The position numbers were made by a program, and so were the translations under genes. A stretch of DNA of 24,000 nt. It comes from Lachnospiraceae bacterium. GTDB taxonomy: Bacteria; Bacillota; Clostridia; Lachnospirales; Lachnospiraceae. Numbering within the stretch: the stretch's first letter is position 1; each line of letters starts with the position of its first letter. This document shows, piece after piece, positions 16,511 through 24,000 of this stretch. The stretch covers positions 41,084 through 65,083 of the forward strand of contig JAVBRI010000008.1 in the NCBI GenBank assembly GCA_031548165.1, in the 5' to 3' direction. The notes under the pieces are model-generated. The model saw only the letters and a program-made list of their open reading frames with translations. It was not told the origin of the DNA and did not search any database.

Positions 16511-17509
16511 TTACTTTAATATTCTTTCTAAAATACTATCTATAGAATCTATATCTTCTTGAGTGTTAAGTACTAGCCAAACAGTAGTTGCTCTTGGTTT
16601 TCCTCTTTCTTGATTATTGATAAAATGTTCAATTGAGTTAAAAAGATCTTTAGTAAGACTAATCGATTTATCGTTATAGATATCACGTGCTTGTTTTGAA
16701 GTTGGCATTAAATCAATACCAATGTGTCCAATATTAATATGTACGGAAGCTATTTTCTTTTTACCTTTATTAAATTTCAAATCCCATACAGGTCTATAAG
16801 AAGCAAATATTTCAGACCAGAGATTAACAGACGAATCAAGGTGATATTTATTTATAAATAAATCAACAAGTTTTAACCATAGTTCATTATTATTAGTAGT
16901 TCTTAAAATTCCATCACATAGAGGATTTATATCTTCTCTTTTTATACTATGTTTCAAAAGAATGCTGTTATAATCTGCAATTGCAAACATAGTAAAATTA
17001 CGAGCATAAACTTCTTTATATTCGGCATTAGGCATTTGGTCAGCTAAATATTTTATTGCAGGTAAAAGGGAATTAGAGTTTTTATAGTATACATGAAATG
17101 AATCACATTTTTTATATTCACTGTATAAATCATTATTCTTAAAATATTTAAAATCAAATCCATATATTTTTAAAGCATCAAAATGATATTCTGGAAGTGC
17201 TTTAAAATACTGCTTAAAGTTTATTGGATTCACTTCTATAAAATATTCATTGTTCTTTAAAAGTAAATCACCTGCTAATCCAGATGAATACAATAATTTT
17301 ATAGTATCCATCAAATTATGATAGCTTTTTGAATAATCAATTTCTTCAAAGGATTCATAATCATTATAAATAGTTTTTAAGAGTAATGGAAATTCTTTTA
17401 AACCTTCAATAATCAACTCTTTAATAGTGTCTGATATATTAGTTTCTAAATTATTTGGAACATCACAGATATTCCTTAGCCAAAATTGTGCTTGATATTC
17501 AATAAACAT
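16511..17509 (-). CDS. Hypothetical protein
   Basis: Long ORF; the first ATG (MFIEYQAQFWLRNICDVP...) is at 17509. The track start at 17530 is a TTG. No family recognised. Confidence 0.78.
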   Translation of the reverse strand: MFIEYQAQFWLRNICDVPNNLETNISDTIKELIIEGLKEFPLLLKTIYNDYESFEEIDYSKSYHNLMDTIKLLYSSGLAGDLLLKNNEYFIEVNPINFKQYFKALPEYHFDALKIYGFDFKYFKNNDLYSEYKKCDSFHVYYKNSNSLLPAIKYLADQMPNAEYKEVYARNFTMFAIADYNSILLKHSIKREDINPLCDGILRTTNNNELWLKLVDLFINKYHLDSSVNLWSEIFASYRPVWDLKFNKGKKKIASVHINIGHIGIDLMPTSKQARDIYNDKSISLTKDLFNSIEHFINNQERGKPRATTVWLVLNTQEDIDSIDSILERILK

Positions 17510-17710
17510 AGTAATAATGTATCCTTTCAAAAATTAAAATAAGTTTTTTAGTGGTATATAGATGCTCATCTCATTATATATATTTATTGCGCTAAATGTC
17601 AAGAACACAACGTGTAAATTAAAACAGTTGGATATAATATTATGTATAATAATATTATATGATGTTTAATAGGGCAAAGTATTATCACAAAAAAGGAGGC
17701 AAGTTTATTT

Positions 17711-20700
17711 ATGAAAAAAAAGAGATTTAAATCATTATTATCGATATTGTTAGTAATATCAATGATAGTTGTAGTGTATGAGCCAATGGATCGACAGGCA
17801 GTCGCAGAATCTGGTACAAGCACCATCACAGAGGTTTCAACATTAGCAGAGTTGAAATTGGCACTTGATGATGACAAGATTACCGAAATCATTGTTTCTA
17901 ATACCATTGTGTTAGAAGCGGGAGAGGATATAACCATTGATGGCAAACATAAGACCGTTCGTGTACCGGTAACCGGCACAGATGCTGTCGGTGTGGCGAA
18001 CGAAAACCCCAGTGCCTTCTGTGTATTTGCGGTTAGTAAATATGCAAAAGTCAGTATCTCGAACATGACCATCCTAGGCGGTAAGGGCTATCATCCAGAG
18101 GAATCTTTCGAGTACTATGGTGGAGCAATTTATAATAAGGGAACCTTGAACCTCGAAGAAGTAAATATCAAACAGAGCGGCAGCAAACAATCACAAGGCG
18201 GAGGCTTATTTAATACTGGTTCTGGTATTATGATATTAAAGAAGTGCAACGTAATGAGAAACATAGCTAAAGTAGCCGGAGGCTTTTATAATGGTGGCGA
18301 TATTCTCATTTTGGATAGCTGTTCAGTAACTGAAAACCGCAATATATCTGAAGATAATATGGGCGGCGGCGGAGGCGAAACCGCACGCAGGCTGTATGCA
18401 GTCAATACTACTTTCGCCAATAATCAGAGTACGGAGATAGGCGGTGCTTTAAATATTTGCGGTGGCAATAGTTATATATTAAACTGCAGCATTACTGGTA
18501 ATCTGACAACAAAAGAAACCGCTAATTATGGCGGCGGAATCGGCATAAGTTCATTAGATGATGTTTACATTATAAATAGTGTTATAGCAGACAACTACTG
18601 CAACGCAAAAGGTGTAAATACGCAAAAAAGTGATATAGGAATATATGAAAAAGAGTATTTTGGTTATGCTGGTGAAAAAACCTATGTATATAACTCCTTA
18701 TACGAAATTCTTGATAAGGGAGATTATGGGAAGATTGGCGGAAATGATAATAATTGGGTAGGGCAAAACTACATGAATAACCTCTTTACTGATTATGCAG
18801 ATTCCCCACTTTTGAACTCGGATGGTATGGTGGCAGAGAATGCTCTAAGTTTCAGTCGGCCTAAGCTTATAAACGCAGCAGCGTATCTGTCAGATGATTC
18901 AAAGGCAAAAAATGGTGGTACAAATATATATTTTCATTATGACTATGAGTCAGGTGTTCGTATTGGGTATGACGCGGGTGGTACTTTTCAAAAAATAATC
19001 GGAGTGTTTGATGAGGAGAAAAAAGATGAAGACAGAATCACACTCTATCAAGACGGAGAACAGCGTGCGGATGGTGTAATCGGAGCTGTTGGGGTAAAGA
19101 CCATAAAATATCACACGGTCAAGGCACTGCCATCAACAGGTGGTTCATTCACAGGAGCAACGATATTTGGCGATACGTATAAAGATACAGAATCTGTGAC
19201 AATAACCGCAGAGGCTGATACGGGGTATACCTTTGTTCGATGGGAGAAGGAAGATGGTACATTATTGTCGAACAATCCCCGATTTACCTTTTCGGTAACT
19301 GAGGATGTCACTCTTAAACCAATATTTGTAAAGGTGGAGTTTTCTGTTGGTGCCGGTAAAGACTACCCTACCTTTGTCAAAGCAGTAGAAGCAGCAATGG
19401 CATCAGCAGCTTCTGACAGTACACAAAGTTACAAAATAACGATTTATGAAGATGTAACCTGGGGCGGCGGCACGCTGCCAGAATGTGAAAAGCTTACGAT
19501 TCAAAGTGCTAACGGGGGTAGTGTGGACAACAACAAAATGCTTACAATAACTTCCGACGTCATCACCCAATCACCGGTAATATGGGATAATATAAAGCTT
19601 AATATTTCATCGGATGTAACAGTAAAGGGTGACTTTACGACTACAGATACGAGCAAGATAATGATTTTGGGAGGTACACTTACGATAGACGGCGAGATAA
19701 ATAGACCGCTTATGATAGACTTAACAAACCGTACCTTAAATGACATTGTGTTAAAGGCTAAAAACACTTCAACCGGCGTTGTTACTCCAGTTAATCTCGG
19801 CACAGGGCTTGGATTATCAAAAACCACAAACGGTAGTAACTATGAGTGGAAAGTTATTAAAGCAGCTCTTACAGGTTCGGTAAGCATTACGGGTACAGAA
19901 AAATATGGCAGTGTACTGACTGCCGACGTAAGCGGCATTACATCAAGTAATCCTGGTACATATACCTACCAATGGAAGCGTAATGGTTTGACAGAAATAG
20001 GTACTGGTAATACGTACACACTTACAGCGGCGGATATAGGCAGCAGTATTACCGTAACAGTTACGGCAGCAAATTGCAGCGGTTCGCTTACAAGTGATGC
20101 TACAGCAGCAGTCGGTAAAGTAGAACTTACGGTTAATGTAACGGTAAATGACAAACCTTACGATGGTACCAATACCGCCACTATCAACACAGCATCTCTT
20201 GTAGGTGTTAAAACTGGAGATATAGTAACGCTTACGAATGGAACACCTACTTTTGCAAGTGTTGGCATTGGCAATAACATCGCAATTAGCTTTACTAACT
20301 TTTCCATCAGTGGTGCAAATGCGAATAATTATACCCTCGTACAGCCAGCAGGAGTAAAAGCGAATATCATAAAGGGCTTTACATCTCAAAACGGTAAGCA
20401 TTACATAACAACAACCTTAACGAACGGATGGGTAAGGACAGGCTTTGTCATTTCCGCTATGTCAGGTTATAAACTTAGCGTTACGAATACAGCAGATAGT
20501 ACATGGTCGAACAGTTTAACTTATTCCACTGAAACAAATAGTGGTAGTGTGAACTTCTATGTAAAGAATATAACTACTGGTGAAATCTCCGTAATGGCAA
20601 CAGAAAACTACAAGATTGATAAAACTGCTCCGATAATTACAGGTGTAACAGACGGAAGCATCTATTATACAGATAAAGTAATAACTGTAACAGATACAAA

Positions 20701-21664
20701 CCTAGACACAATTACTGTAAATGGTGATGCATTTACAAGTGGTAGTGTCCTTGCAGGTGATAAAAATGTGACATATATAATTGTTGCTACCGATAAAGCA
20801 GGCAATTCAACCAAAGTTACAGTGACAATGAAGACCATTGCAAGCTTGTCTGAAAACATCAAAGACATCACAGTTGGCAATGTAAAATCCACCGATAAAG
20901 CTAAAATCGAAGCTGTAGATGTGGCATTAAAATCTGTTGACATCACGAATGCAACACCGACACAAAAAGATCAGATTACAGTAGCAATCCAAAATTGTAC
21001 TGACTTACTAAAAGTATTGTCAAATATTGGAAAAGTTCAAAAAGAGGTTATAAAGGATGGAAAAGTTCCTGAAACTTCATTTAATAATAATTTATCAAAA
21101 CTTAAATCATTTATTATTACTGAAGAAGAAAAGCAGTTGGTTGAATCAGGTGTGGATATAAAAATCTATTTGCAGGTGAAGGACATTTCAGAGATTGTAA
21201 ATAGTAAAGATAAAGAAATTATTAACACTAGCATATCTGATTATCAAGTAGGTGATTATATTGATATTTCATTGTTTAAGAAGGTCGGAGATAACGAAGC
21301 TGTAAAGATAAGTAATCCAAATGGATTAATTAATATCACACTTATTATTCCAGAACATTTAAAGTCAAACAAAGCGTCTGTTGAGAGAAGCTATAACATA
21401 GTAAGAGTGCATAATGGTGAAATGACAATTATAGATGGTAAGTATAATGCTCAGACAGGAGAATTTACATTTGAAACAGATAAGTTTTCAACATATGCAA
21501 TTATCTATAAAGACGTGATTACCAATGTAGGGGTGGAAACAGGCGATATGACACCAATATGGTTATGGAGTACTTTAATGTTATTATCTGTAATAGTTAT
21601 TACAGTGAATGAGTTTTTTTGGAAAAAGAAGAAAAAAGAAATTTTAAAGGGCTGTTCAAGTTGA
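17711..21664 (+). CDS. Large cell-surface protein: signal peptide, beta-helix/Pmp-like region, InlB-like and YDG repeats, C-terminal anchor
   Basis: AAAGGAGG RBS then MKKKRFKSLLSILLVISMIVVVYEPMDRQAVA (signal peptide). GGAIYNKGTLNLEEVNI..GGGLFNTGSG-type repeats; TITAEADTGYTFVRWEKEDGTLL; VNVTVNDKPYDGTNTATI...; C-terminus VETGDMTPIWLWSTLMLLSVIVITVNEFFWKKKKK. Confidence 0.93.
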   Translation: MKKKRFKSLLSILLVISMIVVVYEPMDRQAVAESGTSTITEVSTLAELKLALDDDKITEIIVSNTIVLEAGEDITIDGKHKTVRVPVTGTDAVGVANENPSAFCVFAVSKYAKVSISNMTILGGKGYHPEESFEYYGGAIYNKGTLNLEEVNIKQSGSKQSQGGGLFNTGSGIMILKKCNVMRNIAKVAGGFYNGGDILILDSCSVTENRNISEDNMGGGGGETARRLYAVNTTFANNQSTEIGGALNICGGNSYILNCSITGNLTTKETANYGGGIGISSLDDVYIINSVIADNYCNAKGVNTQKSDIGIYEKEYFGYAGEKTYVYNSLYEILDKGDYGKIGGNDNNWVGQNYMNNLFTDYADSPLLNSDGMVAENALSFSRPKLINAAAYLSDDSKAKNGGTNIYFHYDYESGVRIGYDAGGTFQKIIGVFDEEKKDEDRITLYQDGEQRADGVIGAVGVKTIKYHTVKALPSTGGSFTGATIFGDTYKDTESVTITAEADTGYTFVRWEKEDGTLLSNNPRFTFSVTEDVTLKPIFVKVEFSVGAGKDYPTFVKAVEAAMASAASDSTQSYKITIYEDVTWGGGTLPECEKLTIQSANGGSVDNNKMLTITSDVITQSPVIWDNIKLNISSDVTVKGDFTTTDTSKIMILGGTLTIDGEINRPLMIDLTNRTLNDIVLKAKNTSTGVVTPVNLGTGLGLSKTTNGSNYEWKVIKAALTGSVSITGTEKYGSVLTADVSGITSSNPGTYTYQWKRNGLTEIGTGNTYTLTAADIGSSITVTVTAANCSGSLTSDATAAVGKVELTVNVTVNDKPYDGTNTATINTASLVGVKTGDIVTLTNGTPTFASVGIGNNIAISFTNFSISGANANNYTLVQPAGVKANIIKGFTSQNGKHYITTTLTNGWVRTGFVISAMSGYKLSVTNTADSTWSNSLTYSTETNSGSVNFYVKNITTGEISVMATENYKIDKTAPIITGVTDGSIYYTDKVITVTDTNLDTITVNGDAFTSGSVLAGDKNVTYIIVATDKAGNSTKVTVTMKTIASLSENIKDITVGNVKSTDKAKIEAVDVALKSVDITNATPTQKDQITVAIQNCTDLLKVLSNIGKVQKEVIKDGKVPETSFNNNLSKLKSFIITEEEKQLVESGVDIKIYLQVKDISEIVNSKDKEIINTSISDYQVGDYIDISLFKKVGDNEAVKISNPNGLINITLIIPEHLKSNKASVERSYNIVRVHNGEMTIIDGKYNAQTGEFTFETDKFSTYAIIYKDVITNVGVETGDMTPIWLWSTLMLLSVIVITVNEFFWKKKKKEILKGCSS

Positions 21665-21673
21665 ACAGCCCTT
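21647..21673 (+). terminator. Perfect hairpin overlapping the stop codon (putative terminator)
   Basis: AAGGGCTGTTCAA (21647-21659) g TTGAACAGCCCTT (21661-21673). The stop codon TGA 21662-21664 lies in the right arm. T-tract is weak. Confidence 0.55.
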
Positions 21674-21796
21674 ATAGGCTTTAATTAAAATATTACTAGA
21701 CTTTTAATTTAAAATTTGTTATAGTTTTGATAGGAGTGTTGATATCTATCAGCACTTATTTTTTAAGTAATAGTATGACATAAAGGAGATAGAATA

Positions 21797-23335
21797 ATGA
21801 GTAAGAAACCAGTTGTTTTAATGATATTAGATGGATATGGTTTAAATGAAAAGACACAAGGAAATGCAGTTGCATTAGCTAATACACCAGTAATGGACAA
21901 GCTTATGGAGCAGTATCCATATGTAAAAGGAAATGCAAGTGGAATGGCAGTTGGACTTCCTGACGGACAGATGGGAAATTCAGAAGTTGGGCATCTTAAT
22001 ATGGGTGCAGGAAGAATTGTATATCAAGAACTTACAAGAATAACAAAAGAGATTAGTGATGGAGATTTCTTTGAAAATACAGCATTACTAAGTGCAATGG
22101 AAAACTGTAAAAAAAATGGCACAGCGCTTCATACATTTGGTTTATTATCAGATGGTGGTGTACATAGCCATAATACACATTTATATGGATTACTTGAAAT
22201 GGCAAAAAGACAAGGCGTTGAAAAAGTATATGTACATGCATTTTTAGATGGAAGAGATACAGCACCTACATCAGGAAAAGGCTTTATGGAAGAACTTTGC
22301 GCTAAGATGAAAGAAATAGGCGTTGGAGAAGTAGCATCTGTATCAGGTCGTTACTATGCAATGGACAGAGATAATAGATGGGATAGAGTTGAACAGGCTT
22401 ACAAAGCTATGGTTAAAGGAATAGGAAATGAAAGCGAAGATGCAGTAAAGGCAATTGCAGATTCATATGCAGATGGAAAGAATGACGAATTTGTTTTACC
22501 AACTGTTATTGTGAAAGATGGTAAGCCAGTAGCATCTATCAGCGACGGAGATTCAGTAGTATTCTTTAACTTTAGACCGGACAGAGCAAGAGAAATAACA
22601 AGAACATTCTGTGATGATTCATTTGATGGATTTGATAGAGGCGAAAGAGTAAAAACAACATTTGTATGTTTTAGTGAATATGATGTAACAATACCTAATA
22701 AGCAAGTTGCATTTGAAAAGGTATCTATAAATAATACATTTGGTGAATTCCTTGCAGCAAACAATATGACACAAGCTAGAATTGCTGAAACAGAGAAGTA
22801 TGCACATGTTACTTTCTTCTTTAATGGTGGTGTAGAAGAGCCAAATAAGGGAGAAGATAGAATCTTAGTAAAATCACCTAAGGTTGCTACTTATGATTTA
22901 CAGCCAGAAATGAGTGCATACGAAGTATGTGATAAGCTTGTAGATGCTATTAAATCAGATAAATATGATGTAATTATTATTAACTTTGCAAATCCTGATA
23001 TGGTTGGTCATACAGGAATCGAAGGAGCAGCAGTTAAAGCAGTTGAAGCAGTTGATGAATGTGTAGGAAAAGCAGTAGATGCAATTAAGTCAGTAGACGG
23101 TGTAATGTTTATCTGTGCAGATCATGGAAATGCAGAACAATTAGTTGACTATGTGACAGGTGAAAGCTTTACAGCACATACAACAAATGAAGTTCCATTT
23201 ATTTTAGTAAATGCCGACTCATCATATAAATTAAGAGAAGGTGGATGTTTGGCGGATATTATACCTACACTTATTGATGTTATGGGAATGGAACAACCAA
23301 AAGAAATGACAGGAAAATCATTAATTCAAAAATAG
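21797..23335 (+). CDS. gpmI: 2,3-bisphosphoglycerate-independent phosphoglycerate mutase
   Basis: 512 aa; VLMILDGYGLNEKTQGNAVALANTPVMDKL, GQMGNSEVGHLNMGAGRIVYQELTRI, HAFLDGRDTAPTSGKGF, ICADHGNAEQLVDY. AAGGAG RBS. Confidence 0.98.
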   Translation: MSKKPVVLMILDGYGLNEKTQGNAVALANTPVMDKLMEQYPYVKGNASGMAVGLPDGQMGNSEVGHLNMGAGRIVYQELTRITKEISDGDFFENTALLSAMENCKKNGTALHTFGLLSDGGVHSHNTHLYGLLEMAKRQGVEKVYVHAFLDGRDTAPTSGKGFMEELCAKMKEIGVGEVASVSGRYYAMDRDNRWDRVEQAYKAMVKGIGNESEDAVKAIADSYADGKNDEFVLPTVIVKDGKPVASISDGDSVVFFNFRPDRAREITRTFCDDSFDGFDRGERVKTTFVCFSEYDVTIPNKQVAFEKVSINNTFGEFLAANNMTQARIAETEKYAHVTFFFNGGVEEPNKGEDRILVKSPKVATYDLQPEMSAYEVCDKLVDAIKSDKYDVIIINFANPDMVGHTGIEGAAVKAVEAVDECVGKAVDAIKSVDGVMFICADHGNAEQLVDYVTGESFTAHTTNEVPFILVNADSSYKLREGGCLADIIPTLIDVMGMEQPKEMTGKSLIQK

Positions 23336-23374
23336 TATTATGTCGCTTGCGATATAGAATAAAAGGGTGATTAA

Positions 23375-24000
23375 ATGAAGTTTTTAAAAAGATTAATAGG
23401 GTTATTAGTATTGGTCGTGGTGTGTTTGATTGTATACGAGATAAGAGATAGAAGCAAGGATACAAGCAAAAACATTAATGAACAAGAAACAAGTACTAAG
23501 GGTGAAAATAGTACAAACACAAATTCGCAGGACAACAGAACTATCGATAGTGATGGATTGACATTACTTGTGCTTGGTGAGAATTTCATGCATGATAGTG
23601 TAATTGCAAGTGGTAAGCAGCCAGATGGTTCATATAATTATGATTATATATTTGAAGGGATAAAGTCATATATAGATGAAGCTGATTTAGCGATTATTAA
23701 TCAAGGAAGCGTTATTGGTGGAGATTCATTAGGTGTTTCGGGATATCCATCATTTAATGCACCTGAGGAAATATGCAGTGCTATACAAAAAGCGGGTATT
23801 GAAGTTACATTAATGGCTAATAGTAGAATAAATAGTATGGGAACAGATGCAATTAGTAACTGTTTAAGTATTTGGAACGAAAAAGCACCAAGTGTAAAGG
23901 TTGCAGGCATTAATGCATCAAAAGAGGCAGCAGAAGATATTTTAGTAGTAGAATCTAATGGAATAAGGGTTGCAATACTTAATTATACCTACAATGTAAA
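23375..24000 (+). CDS. CapA/PGA_cap-like metallophosphatase-fold protein (partial, runs off right edge)
   Basis: Edge-truncated, not in track. MKFFKRLIGLLVLVVVCLIVYEIRDRSKDTS... (TM anchor) then LTLLVLGENFMHDSVIASG...YDYIFEGIKSYIDEADLAIINQGSVIGG...SFNAPEEICSAIQKAGIEVTLMANSRINSMG....VAILNYTYNV. Confidence 0.82.
   Translation, partial: MKFLKRLIGLLVLVVVCLIVYEIRDRSKDTSKNINEQETSTKGENSTNTNSQDNRTIDSDGLTLLVLGENFMHDSVIASGKQPDGSYNYDYIFEGIKSYIDEADLAIINQGSVIGGDSLGVSGYPSFNAPEEICSAIQKAGIEVTLMANSRINSMGTDAISNCLSIWNEKAPSVKVAGINASKEAAEDILVVESNGIRVAILNYTYNV

Noticed and set aside
19501-20401. Antisense ORFs in the surface protein gene (108 and 152 aa)
   Set aside because: Arise from the GC-richer repetitive core on the opposite strand. 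No RBS or domain.
1-24000. CRISPR array, transposase, integrase, tRNA or rRNA genes
   Set aside because: No regularly spaced repeats, no recognisable mobile-element proteins, and no tRNA/rRNA-like sequence seen by eye. tRNAscan and Infernal could not be run.

Overview
AT-rich, Clostridia-like chromosomal window (host assignment is inference), read from sequence alone. From left to right it contains:
- a cluster of regulators: an edge-truncated XRE-membrane protein, a MerR/GyrI-like protein, an HTH-fused protein and its adjacent paralog;
- a divergent glutamate-5-kinase-like protein and an AadA-like nucleotidyltransferase;
- a small XRE plus membrane protein pair, and an AraC regulator divergent from a membrane-anchored GH78-type alpha-L-rhamnosidase;
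- a beta-carbonic anhydrase with a strong terminator;
- a compact cysteine-rich operon (about 14051-16510);
- a hypothetical protein, a mosaic surface protein, gpmI, and an edge-truncated CapA-like protein.

The standout locus is 14051-16510: arsR - hgcA - hgcB - C_GCAxxG_C_C protein - small Cys-rich protein. HgcA carries the cap-helix motif NVWCAAGK plus a C-terminal membrane domain. HgcB carries CMECGAC, GVGC and a terminal Cys-Cys. These are the hallmarks of the mercury-methylation pair HgcAB. Here the pair sits behind a consensus promoter overlapped by a perfect 14-bp inverted repeat, is translationally coupled to an ArsR with an EKCACVLL metal-site motif, and HgcA has an unusual five-cysteine N-terminus.
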